A DNA stretch of 64,000 nucleotides from Candidatus Rifleibacteriota bacterium (lineage in GTDB: Bacteria; Muiribacteriota; Ozemobacteria; Ozemobacterales; Ozemobacteraceae). Positions 49,743 through 58,276 of this stretch are shown here, piece by piece. Every line of letters begins with the position of its first letter. Position 1 is the first letter of the stretch. The stretch covers positions 66,514 through 130,513 of the forward strand of contig JAHISQ010000054.1 of the NCBI GenBank assembly GCA_018818125.1, written 5' to 3'. The position numbers and the translations under genes were made by a program. The notes beneath the pieces were generated by a model. It was given only the letters and a program-made list of their open reading frames with translations, was not told the DNA's origin and did no database searches.

Positions 49743-50867
49743 TTGCAGGGCAGGAGCAAGGAAGCTGTGAAAGAAAAGCAGGAAACGCAGGAAATGCCGG
49801 AAGCTTATCGTGAGATGCTGTCGCGCTCAATGTTAAAGCGCTACACCGAAGCCGACCGCCGCCGACTGGGCATGGAACCGACGCCAAAGACGCAGGTTTA
49901 CCGCCAGGGGTGCTGGACACTCTATCGTTGCGGGACTGATTTCAAATCAGACTACAACCCCGTTCTAATTATTCCTTCGCTGATCAATCGCAATTATATT
50001 CTTGATCTGCTGCCCGGCCACTCGCTCATCGAACAGATGAAGCTTGCCGGGCTCGATGTTTTTCTCATAGATTGGGGAGATCCTGATGCCGGTATGGGCA
50101 ATTATGGCTTTGATCACTATGTCAGCAAATGGGTCAAAAGAGCCATTCGCCAGATCAAAAAAATCACCGGAAAAGACCAGATTCAGCTCGCCGGACAATG
50201 CATCGGCGGCATGATGGCCACCATGTATGCTGCTCATCCAGAGCTCAAAAAGGACCTCAGCAGTCTGTTTTTACTGACAGCACCCCTAAATCTCAGCGAT
50301 TCAGGGCTGTTAGCGCAATGGACAGCTACTGAAGGTTTTGACGTTGAGAAGCTTACAGCAGCATTTCAGGGTCTGGTACCGGCGCGCTTCTTTCACGCCT
50401 CTTTTCCGCTGCTAGACCCGAAAAGTCAGCTGGCAAAATACCGCAAGCTCCTCGAAAACTTTGAAATGCCGGGCTTTAAGGAAATATGGGAAGCCCTCGA
50501 CATCTGGGGCAGCGACAATGTAGACTTTACCAAGCAGGCCTATACTGAGCTTATAAGCACATTTTACCAGGACAACGCCTTTTATAAAGGCGAGTATCAG
50601 GTAGCCGGCTGCAAAATCTCGGCAAAAGACATCGACATACCGGTTTTGAGCCTGGTAGCACGCGATGATCACGTCTTTAACGAAAAAGCGGCATTCGCTA
50701 TTCATGAGTGCAAAGCCGCAAAAAAGGGGCTGCTTGATTACCATGTAATCCCTGCCGGGCACGTATCGTTGATCGCTGCGCATCCGGTCAGAATCCACAC
50801 CTTCACGCTGGTCAGAGAATTTCTGACCAGACCAGAAAATTCAATAACAGGAGCTAAGAAAAAATGA
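49743..50867 (+). CDS. phaC: Second class III/IV PHA synthase catalytic subunit paralogue
   Basis: It has the lipase box GQCIGG, the motif PVLIIPSLINRNYILDL, and a conserved His near the C-terminus. The exact start is uncertain, with alternative GTG/ATG codons within the first 20 codons. Confidence 0.8.
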   Translation: MQGRSKEAVKEKQETQEMPEAYREMLSRSMLKRYTEADRRRLGMEPTPKTQVYRQGCWTLYRCGTDFKSDYNPVLIIPSLINRNYILDLLPGHSLIEQMKLAGLDVFLIDWGDPDAGMGNYGFDHYVSKWVKRAIRQIKKITGKDQIQLAGQCIGGMMATMYAAHPELKKDLSSLFLLTAPLNLSDSGLLAQWTATEGFDVEKLTAAFQGLVPARFFHASFPLLDPKSQLAKYRKLLENFEMPGFKEIWEALDIWGSDNVDFTKQAYTELISTFYQDNAFYKGEYQVAGCKISAKDIDIPVLSLVARDDHVFNEKAAFAIHECKAAKKGLLDYHVIPAGHVSLIAAHPVRIHTFTLVREFLTRPENSITGAKKK

Positions 50868-52048
50868 CTGAAGTATTCATCATCGGCGCGGCAAGAACCG
50901 CTATCGGCGGCCTCATGGGAACCCTCAAGGCAATACCCGCACATAAACTCGGCAGCATCGCCATCAAAGAAGCCATGGCCCGCGCCGGGGTTAAACCCGA
51001 ACAGATTGACGAAGTCATTCTTGGCAACGTTCTGACGGCTGGTCAGGGCCAGGGGCCCGGTCGTCAGGCCGCTATTGGCGCCGGCATTCCGGAAAGCGTT
51101 CCGGCATGGGCAATTAACCAGCTTTGCGGCTCAGGTCTCAAAACCATCGCTCTGGCTGTAGATGCTATCAAAGCTGGTGAAGCTCAGTGTATCGTTGCCG
51201 GCGGCATGGAAAGCATGAGCACAGCTCCGCACCTCGCCAACCTGCGCAATGGCACCGTTCTTGGTGATGTAACCTTTAAAGACTCAGCAGTTCTCGACGG
51301 TCTGACCGACGTTTTCTCTGGCGAGCACATGGGCATGACTGCCGAATGGCTGGCTGACGAGCTCAAAATTACCCGCGAAGAAATGGATAAATTTGCGGCC
51401 GAAAGTCAGAAAAGAGTTGCTGACGCCTGGGAAGCCGGTCATTTCGATGCCGAAATCGTGCCGGTCGAGATACCACAGCGCAAGGGCGATCCGATCATCT
51501 TTAAAAAAGACGAGCACTTCAGAGTGGGCACAACTTTTGAAACACTCAGCAAGCTCAAACCAGCCTTCAAAAAAGACGGCAGCGTTACTGCCGGTAATGC
51601 TTCAGGCATCAACGACGGCGCTGCCGCCGTTATCGTCGCCTCAGGCGAATTTGTAAAAAAACACAACCTCAAACCACTCGCTAAGATTGTAGCGCATGCC
51701 ACAACTGGTTTGAGCCCGTCAAGAATGGGTCTTGGTCCGGTATCTGCAACTCAGAAAGCTCTCGAAAAAGCCGGCTGGAAAGTCAGCGATCTCGAAAGAG
51801 TTGAAGCTAACGAAGCTTTTGCAGTGCAGTCTATTGGCGTTGTTCGCCAGCTCGGTCTCGACCCGGCAAAAACGAATGTCAACGGTGGTGCGATTGCACT
51901 CGGGCACCCAATCGGTGCTTCTGGAGCCAGAGTTCTGGTGACACTGTTGTATGAAATGGCGCGATCTAACTGCAGCAAAGGCCTTGCCACTCTCTGCGTA
52001 GGCGGCGGCATGGGTGTTGCGATGGCAGTCGAGCGCGTCAAGTCTTGA
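50864..52048 (+). CDS. phaA: Acetyl-CoA acetyltransferase (thiolase II)
   Basis: It has the active-site NQLCGSGL (Cys88-type), the C-terminal GHPIGASGAR and CVGGGMG. It overlaps phaC2 by ATGA. Confidence 0.9.
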   Translation: MTEVFIIGAARTAIGGLMGTLKAIPAHKLGSIAIKEAMARAGVKPEQIDEVILGNVLTAGQGQGPGRQAAIGAGIPESVPAWAINQLCGSGLKTIALAVDAIKAGEAQCIVAGGMESMSTAPHLANLRNGTVLGDVTFKDSAVLDGLTDVFSGEHMGMTAEWLADELKITREEMDKFAAESQKRVADAWEAGHFDAEIVPVEIPQRKGDPIIFKKDEHFRVGTTFETLSKLKPAFKKDGSVTAGNASGINDGAAAVIVASGEFVKKHNLKPLAKIVAHATTGLSPSRMGLGPVSATQKALEKAGWKVSDLERVEANEAFAVQSIGVVRQLGLDPAKTNVNGGAIALGHPIGASGARVLVTLLYEMARSNCSKGLATLCVGGGMGVAMAVERVKS

Positions 52049-52068
52049 TTCCTTTCCTTGCCTCTGCG

Positions 52069-52135
52069 CGGATTCATTAACCGCGCAGACTTTCCAGGCT
52101 CGGGGATTATTTCCCGGGCTATCTTTTTTTTAGCC
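52069..52135 (+). terminator. Terminator-like hairpins followed by T-run downstream of phaA
   Basis: The sequence is TCTGCGCGGattcattaaCCGCGCAGA, a 9-bp perfect stem, then ggctcggggattatttcccgggc, then ctatctttttttt. Confidence 0.6.
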
Positions 52136-52225
52136 GGACGCATGACTTTCATGCCCAAAGAGCAGCAAGCTCTGGTAAACTATATTGCAACCTTAGAAAA
52201 AAAAGCCATAAGTGAGGAGACAACC

Positions 52226-52846
52226 ATGAAAAAAGTATTGCACATTGTCGCAAGTCCTAGAGGGAAAGCATCGCGGACTCTCAGAATATCAGCCGGGCTG
52301 CTCGAAAAGATCAGAACCGTACAGGGCAAAATCGAGCTCGACACTCTCGATTTGTTTGCGGAAAAGCTGCCCGAGATGAACGTAACCCGCGTTGGCGGTA
52401 AATACATGCTGATGAGCGGGCAGGAGCTTTCTGGCGATGCAGTTGGCGCATGGGAGCAGATCAAGGCGCACATAGACCGTTTTCTCGCTGCCGATATCAT
52501 AGTAATCAGCACTCCGATGTGGAATTTCAGTGTTCCCTACGTGCTCAAACACTACATCGACATCATTGCCCAGCCCGGTTTCACTTTCAAGTATACCGAA
52601 AGCGGCCCGATCGGGCTTGCCGGCAACCGCGTCATCTACATCGTTTCGACGCGTGGGGGCGACTACAGTGCAGGCAGTCCGGCAGCTTCCTTTGACAAAC
52701 TCGACCCTTATCTCAAACAGGTGTTTTCATTCATAGGCTTTACAGATATCAGGTTCATCGCTGCCCAGCCGATGGATGCCAACAGCGAAGAAGGTCGCGA
52801 AGCAAAAATAAAAGAAGCCATCAGCAAAGCCGAACAACTGGTTTAG
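52226..52846 (+). CDS. azoR: FMN-dependent NADH-azoreductase
   Basis: MKKVLHIVASPRGKASRT is the AzoR/AcpD N-terminus. A gaggag RBS is present. The upstream in-frame extension was rejected. Confidence 0.8.
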   Translation: MKKVLHIVASPRGKASRTLRISAGLLEKIRTVQGKIELDTLDLFAEKLPEMNVTRVGGKYMLMSGQELSGDAVGAWEQIKAHIDRFLAADIIVISTPMWNFSVPYVLKHYIDIIAQPGFTFKYTESGPIGLAGNRVIYIVSTRGGDYSAGSPAASFDKLDPYLKQVFSFIGFTDIRFIAAQPMDANSEEGREAKIKEAISKAEQLV

Positions 52847-52962
52847 TTTTTTGACTGAGCACAACTATGCTGTTATACTCTCAGTGAGTCTTTGAGAGAT
52901 TTACTGAAAGCCGGCAAATGTACCCTTTTAGCGACCTGACCACTAAATTCAGGCGTCTGCGC

Positions 52963-54828
52963 ATGATGTTGCCCAGACGCGATTTTATTACCGCCGCTGT
53001 ATTGTGGGTAGTCATTTCAGTTTCACTGATCTACTCTACGAGCCTTACCGCACCGTTTGACAACCGTTTAAAAGACTATAAACTAAAATTTAACGCAAGC
53101 TATCTGCGCCCGGAACTTGGCTACGACATGCTGCTGCTCGCCATCGACAGCGAAACGCTGGCAGAAGCGCCCTACAAGTGGCCATGGCCGCAGTCATACT
53201 GGGCACAACTGCTACGACGAATCAACGAAGAAGGCAAACCTCGCGCGGTTATAATTGACGTATTCTTTCAGACACCGGAAACAGAAAATGAGATAGAACT
53301 GCTGATGTTCGCCCAGGCAATCACTGACTGCACCAACATTGGCCTGGTCGCACTTTACGAGGAACTGGTTACCAGCATCGGTCGCCAGCTCAAATTTGTG
53401 CCTCCACACGAGTATCTGCGCAGCAGCGCTTCTTTTTACGGCCTGTCACAGCAGCCAATCGACGAAGATGGCAAAATCAGATCGTTCATTCTGCGTGACC
53501 ACCGCATTGATTGCCGGCATATCGCCTGGGGAATGCTGCAGTATCTTGGGCAGCCAATCAAGCATTTGCAGCAGATAAACAAACGCGACAAGACAGTGGC
53601 GCTGATCGATTTTGCTGCTTCTGATGCTGGTATAGCTCAGATTGGCATCAAGCAACTGCTTGACGATGAACGCAATTTTGAATATCTCAAGGACCGCATT
53701 GTGGTTATTGGTGCAACTGCCCCGGTTTTGCACGATTACCATCAAACCCCGCTCGGCCTGATAACCGGCCCGGAAATCATCTGCAACACCTTTGCCACAC
53801 TCGCCAGCGGACGATTTCAGCTTTTATACGACAGCATGGGCAAGCGTCTTATTTATTATCTGCTTGGAGTTTTTATAGCGATTTTCATTTTCACCGATCT
53901 TATCAAAAACAATTTGCGGCAAATGGTCATTCTATGGCTGCTATTACCGATTTTTCTGTTTTTTTACTCATTTCTGCCGCTCGAACATCCGCCGGTGGTT
54001 CTGACCTGGGCGAGCTACAGTTTGACAGCGTTTGTGATATTTCTGTTTCTGCGCTTTCTCGAAATTTCCGAGCTCCGCGAACAACTGCTCGAAGGCGAAT
54101 TTTGCGGCGCAATTCAGAAGAATTTCTTTCCGAGCGAAAAGCTCGTCGATGACAGTGGCGTTATCTGCTACGGCATCTGTATTCCTTATAAAGACGCAGG
54201 CGGCGACTATTACGACTTCTTTCCGCTTAAAGATGGCAGAATCTTCTTCATTCTTGGCGATGTTACCGGTCATGGTCTTTCAGCGAGCATGATCACAACG
54301 GTTGCTAAAACTGTAGTATTGCTCGAATCCGAGCACGACGATTTCAATTTGCAGCGGCTGTTACAGGAAATAAGCCTGACTATCTTCAACATGACGCGCA
54401 AGCGCCGCATGATGTCGGCAGTTGCAGGTATCATCGACCCGATAAAGCGCAAGCTACAGCTCGCTTCGGCCGGACATCTTCCCTCAGTTATGAAAACCGG
54501 CACTGAATCAATGGAAATACCGCTACCAAGCTTGCCACTGGGTTTATCAAAAAAACCACGTCCATTTACCACAACTGAACTCGATATTCCTGATATTGCA
54601 AAACTTTTTGTCTACTCAGACGGTATAATAGAAGGGGTAAACTGGAAAAATCAGATGTTCGGTTATGATTGCTTCAATAAACTGGTAGCTGATCTGCCGG
54701 CGCAACAATCACTGGAAGAGGATGCCAGCTCACTTATAGAAAGTTTGCGGGCGCATTCGCAGGGTCGTACATTTGAGGATGACGTTACATTATTAATAAT
54801 AGACCTGAGCAAAGAGGAAAAAAAATGA
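52963..54828 (+). CDS. CHASE2 sensor domain - PP2C/SpoIIE-type serine phosphatase
   Basis: A TM helix is followed by a periplasmic region containing the CHASE2 signature (PYKWPWPQSYWAQLL). There are further TM helices. The C-terminal PP2C domain carries DYYDFFPL...FILGDVTGHG. Confidence 0.75.
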   Translation: MMLPRRDFITAAVLWVVISVSLIYSTSLTAPFDNRLKDYKLKFNASYLRPELGYDMLLLAIDSETLAEAPYKWPWPQSYWAQLLRRINEEGKPRAVIIDVFFQTPETENEIELLMFAQAITDCTNIGLVALYEELVTSIGRQLKFVPPHEYLRSSASFYGLSQQPIDEDGKIRSFILRDHRIDCRHIAWGMLQYLGQPIKHLQQINKRDKTVALIDFAASDAGIAQIGIKQLLDDERNFEYLKDRIVVIGATAPVLHDYHQTPLGLITGPEIICNTFATLASGRFQLLYDSMGKRLIYYLLGVFIAIFIFTDLIKNNLRQMVILWLLLPIFLFFYSFLPLEHPPVVLTWASYSLTAFVIFLFLRFLEISELREQLLEGEFCGAIQKNFFPSEKLVDDSGVICYGICIPYKDAGGDYYDFFPLKDGRIFFILGDVTGHGLSASMITTVAKTVVLLESEHDDFNLQRLLQEISLTIFNMTRKRRMMSAVAGIIDPIKRKLQLASAGHLPSVMKTGTESMEIPLPSLPLGLSKKPRPFTTTELDIPDIAKLFVYSDGIIEGVNWKNQMFGYDCFNKLVADLPAQQSLEEDASSLIESLRAHSQGRTFEDDVTLLIIDLSKEEKK

Positions 54829-55442
54829 ACAGAAAAATCAGGGTTTTTGCATCGTTTTGTCTGATGATTGGCAGTTGTCTGGTTATCGGCTGTGGCAGCG
54901 ATTCGGCGCCCATTGGCAAACTGGCAGGAGTGCAAGGTCAGGTAACAATCAAGCCTGGCCAAGCGGAAACTTTTACCGGCGCAGCTGTTGAACAGAAGCT
55001 TTTTTCGGGCGACTCGATCAAAACTGCTGACACAGCCAAGGCTGAAATTCAACTGACTGGCGACGACAGTCGCATCGTTCTCAGCAGCAATACCTATCTC
55101 GAAATTCGCAATTACAGCGAAAAAGATCTTCGCCAGATGCATGGCATAGCAATTTACAAAATTTCGCCGCAGAACCGCGAGCTTAAAATTCAAACACCAC
55201 AGGGAATGGCAACCGTGCTTGGCACAGTGCTGCGAATTGACGCCAGTGACACCGAGACAATCGTGACAGTTGAGAAGGGCAAAGTCGGCTTCAGTAAAAA
55301 AGCCGGGCACCAGATATTTATCGAGACCGGCAAACAGTATTCGACCAGCACACCGGAAGATGCGGCTGTCAGCATTGACCCGTTGGAACTGGAAAAATTG
55401 TTCAGTAACGAAACTTTGAACCCGATCATTAACCCAAGATAA
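54825..55442 (+). CDS. FecR-domain lipoprotein
   Basis: It has a lipobox (LVIGC|GS). The FecR-like beta-rich region (GQVTIKPGQ...FSGDSIKTADTAKAEIQL..DSRIVLSSNTYLEI) matches FecR. It overlaps the CHASE2 gene by 4 nt, and FecR/CHASE2 pairing is common. Confidence 0.7.
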   Translation: MNRKIRVFASFCLMIGSCLVIGCGSDSAPIGKLAGVQGQVTIKPGQAETFTGAAVEQKLFSGDSIKTADTAKAEIQLTGDDSRIVLSSNTYLEIRNYSEKDLRQMHGIAIYKISPQNRELKIQTPQGMATVLGTVLRIDASDTETIVTVEKGKVGFSKKAGHQIFIETGKQYSTSTPEDAAVSIDPLELEKLFSNETLNPIINPR

Positions 55443-55444
55443 GC

Positions 55445-57190
55445 TTAGGGATTTTTCGGGTAGAGTCTGGCCGCACATTCTGGGCAGATGCTGTGTGAAA
55501 ACTCAGAACCGGTATGCTCTTTGATGTATTTTTCAATCTGACTCCACAGACCTTTGTCGTCACGGATTTTTTTGCATGAAGAACAAATCGGAATAATGCC
55601 ACGCAGCACCTTGATTTCGCGCAAAGCCTGCTGAAGATCGGTTATTGCTTTCTGGTTTGCAGATTCGAGATTTTTTGCCTCAGACACATCGGTGATAAAA
55701 CCTTCCAGCACGCTGGTCTTCTGGTTCTTCTTTCGAATCGCAGCGAGCCGCCCTTGCTCCCAGACCCATTTCTGCTCGCCGTTGGCAGTAACAATGCGGT
55801 AGGTAACGTTAAATGGCTGACTTAGGCTTAGCGCCTTCGCAATTTCGATCCTTACTCTTTCGCGATCTTCAGGAAGAATCAGACTGGCGAAGTCTATTCT
55901 GGCATTGTTAAGAATTTCCGAAGGCTGATAGCCTGTTAAGGCCAGGCAACCAGGGCTGACGTATTTCATTGTCCAGCTTTTGTCCAGACGGCATTTATAA
56001 GCCATTCCGGGCATATTACTGATCAGCATGGAAAACCGTCGACGACTTCGCTTGAGCTTGCGATTGACGATACTGTTTTTACGATAAAGTATTTCTAGAC
56101 TGATGTGTGCGCGAATCATTCTGACAACAAAAAACAGCGAAAACAATGCAAACACTATTTCAGCGAACTGCAGCAGCAGACTCCATGAAGCAACATTTTC
56201 ATTATCTGGCGAATAAATAAAACCATCAAGGCTCACATCAGCCGGTAACATTCCAAGTTCGTGATATTTATCTGCAATATGCTGCCAACGTCCTATATTC
56301 ATATAGCCTATTTCGACGACATCCGGCCGGATCAGTGTTTTTGTCTTTTCGGCCTCGAACAACAGGTGTTCACGGCTGTGTCGCTTTGAATAACGGCTCA
56401 AAATAAGGTCAGCAATCTCTTCAGGATGTTCAAGAGCATACTCCCAACCCTTTTTAGATGCTTCAAGAAATGCTTTCACCCGTTGCGGATGGTTTTTGAT
56501 CTGCTCTTCAGAGGTAAACAGAATATCACAGTAGAAATCTATACCGCTGGATTGCGGCATAAACACGCTATAATCAAGGTTTTTCGCTACAATATTGAAC
56601 GGCTCGTCAGTCAAATAGGCTGAAATTGCGTCAGCTTTACCTTCTAACAGTTCATTAACGCCATAAGAATGTGGCAATATCTCAAGATCTTCCATGGTCA
56701 GGCCTTCAGCTCGCAGGTAGGCAAGCAACTCGGCTGAATGTTTCTCAAGCATCACCCTTTTGCCGGCGAGCTGGTGAATATTGGTAATAACACTGCCTTT
56801 GGGAACAAGAAACACCAGCGGTGAATGCTGAAAAATAGCTGCCAAAGCAACAATCGGCGTCCCACGGGCGCGGTGGAGCAGAAGCTCAGTCCCACCAATA
56901 CCGAACTGTGCACGATTAGAAGTTACAGTCTGAACAGACTCTTCCTCTCCGTTGTCTTCGATAAGTTCCACTTCCAGGCCGGCATTGCGATAATAACCCT
57001 GGTCGATCGCAGCATAATAACCGGCAAACTGAAACTGATGAAGCCATTTGAGTCTGAGGGTAACCTTATCGAGCCCGGGCGATGTTGCGCTTAAGCCGGC
57101 AAATCCTGCCGTCGTCAGTGACACGCAAGCCAATAGAAGTACCAGCAGTATACTTTTACGGAGAAATGGGCTGTGCCCTCTCAAGATCAT
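55445..57190 (-). CDS. Signal-transduction protein: periplasmic NMT1/SsuA-like substrate-binding domain - TM - PAS domain - C-terminal Cys4 (zinc-ribbon-like) motif, no kinase/GGDEF output recognised
   Basis: The N-terminal LRLKWLHQFQFAGYYAAIDQGYY is an NMT1/THI5-type SBP. A TM helix sits at ~res 335-355. A PAS-like region follows (MPGMAYKC...TANGEQKW). The C-terminus reads IPICSSCKKIRDDKGLWSQIEKYIKEHTGSEFSHSICPECAARLY. Confidence 0.7.
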   Translation of the reverse strand: MILRGHSPFLRKSILLVLLLACVSLTTAGFAGLSATSPGLDKVTLRLKWLHQFQFAGYYAAIDQGYYRNAGLEVELIEDNGEEESVQTVTSNRAQFGIGGTELLLHRARGTPIVALAAIFQHSPLVFLVPKGSVITNIHQLAGKRVMLEKHSAELLAYLRAEGLTMEDLEILPHSYGVNELLEGKADAISAYLTDEPFNIVAKNLDYSVFMPQSSGIDFYCDILFTSEEQIKNHPQRVKAFLEASKKGWEYALEHPEEIADLILSRYSKRHSREHLLFEAEKTKTLIRPDVVEIGYMNIGRWQHIADKYHELGMLPADVSLDGFIYSPDNENVASWSLLLQFAEIVFALFSLFFVVRMIRAHISLEILYRKNSIVNRKLKRSRRRFSMLISNMPGMAYKCRLDKSWTMKYVSPGCLALTGYQPSEILNNARIDFASLILPEDRERVRIEIAKALSLSQPFNVTYRIVTANGEQKWVWEQGRLAAIRKKNQKTSVLEGFITDVSEAKNLESANQKAITDLQQALREIKVLRGIIPICSSCKKIRDDKGLWSQIEKYIKEHTGSEFSHSICPECAARLYPKNP

Positions 57191-57312
57191 TTTCTGTGTC
57201 CCCGGTTTAACGTAACTTACTTAGCAAACTTTCTGAAACATGATTCTAATGCATAACAAGGCTCGGGTCAAAATTTTTGTAGTCGAGCCAGACTATCTGC
57301 ACATGGGTTCTG

Positions 57313-57345
57313 CAAAAAAACAGCCGACACCAAAGGCGTCGGCTG
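57313..57345 (-). terminator. Rho-independent terminator for the rubrerythrin-like gene (minus strand)
   Basis: On the minus strand it reads CAGCCGACgcctttggtGTCGGCTGttttttt. Confidence 0.8.
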
Positions 57346-57385
57346 AATTATATGGCAAGCATCAAACAATGCTTATAGGCGAGGT

Positions 57386-57883
57386 TTAGAAGGGCCAGTA
57401 GTTGTTGTCGCTCCAGATGCGTTCAGTTACGATGCGATCAATCTCAAGAAGCTGATGGAGATGCTTTCGCTCCCAATCGGCAAGCCAACCGTAAAGTTTT
57501 TTCTCATCAGAGTTGGTAGCCGATTCCGCACGCTCAGAATAAACCGATATGGCTCGTTCTTCCATGTTGATAGCTGCGGAAATAGCTGCTGATTCATAGT
57601 CAGCACCAGTAATCTGCGCAATGATGTCGGAATTAACTACTTCACTGGCCGTTTTCGAGGGGTCTTCGCTGTTGTCGGCGACAAAACCGCCAGACTCTTT
57701 GAGTGATCTGTAGTGTTTGAGCAGAAGCTCAATATGAGTCTGTTCTTCTTCTGCCATGTTGCTGAAAAAATCTCGCACAGAGGTGTGCTGCGTATGCTCG
57801 GCCACCTTGCTGTAGAATGATTTTCCACGTTTTTCTAGAAGCAGGGCCTGTCTGATAATTTCTAGAGAGCGCTGGGTAGTCAT
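57386..57883 (-). CDS. Rubrerythrin/ferritin-like diiron protein (no rubredoxin domain)
   Basis: It has two E...ExxH four-helix-bundle motifs (EEEQTHIELL and EERAISVY...ERKHL). It is 165 aa and is followed by its own terminator. Confidence 0.65.
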   Translation of the reverse strand: MTTQRSLEIIRQALLLEKRGKSFYSKVAEHTQHTSVRDFFSNMAEEEQTHIELLLKHYRSLKESGGFVADNSEDPSKTASEVVNSDIIAQITGADYESAAISAAINMEERAISVYSERAESATNSDEKKLYGWLADWERKHLHQLLEIDRIVTERIWSDNNYWPF

Positions 57884-57974
57884 GTTTCCTCCATTAGCAA
57901 TTGATATCTATTAAGTAATATATAGGTTAACCCGCAGATTGCAATAAAATTGTTATATGTCGTTGCAGCAAGCC

Positions 57975-58265
57975 CTAAAGCATTTCTTTAAGGGCGAGTG
58001 AAAAGAGTTTTATGCCTTCTCGTGGCTGTCGGGAACGATAAGCAGCTACCCAGTTTTTGACTATTGCATATTTTTCGGGTGCAAGTGCCAGCATGTACAT
58101 CACATTCATGCCTGGCCAGACTTCAGTATCCAGACGTGTGCCGCCACCATCTCCCGAGCCATAAACCGTCGGCAGCTGTGTAAACGCAGAAATCTGGTTT
58201 TTACGAAAAAGCTGTTCGAGCTCTTCCTGAAGAGTGGCGCTGCAAACAAGCATTATGAATTCCAT
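57975..58265 (-). CDS. Small hypothetical protein co-oriented with and immediately downstream of the RND operon
   Basis: It is 96 aa and has no TM segment. It sits 12 nt after the RND permease stop. Possibly DUF3240-type, which is recalled from memory and not verified. Confidence 0.35.
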   Translation of the reverse strand: MEFIMLVCSATLQEELEQLFRKNQISAFTQLPTVYGSGDGGGTRLDTEVWPGMNVMYMLALAPEKYAIVKNWVAAYRSRQPREGIKLFSLALKEML

Positions 58266-58276
58266 GTATTACTCCG

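Noticed and set aside
52058-52225. N-terminal extension of azoR
   Set aside because: The extension overlaps the terminator hairpins of phaA. The canonical AzoR N-terminus MKKVLHIVASPRG with a gaggag RBS begins at 52226.
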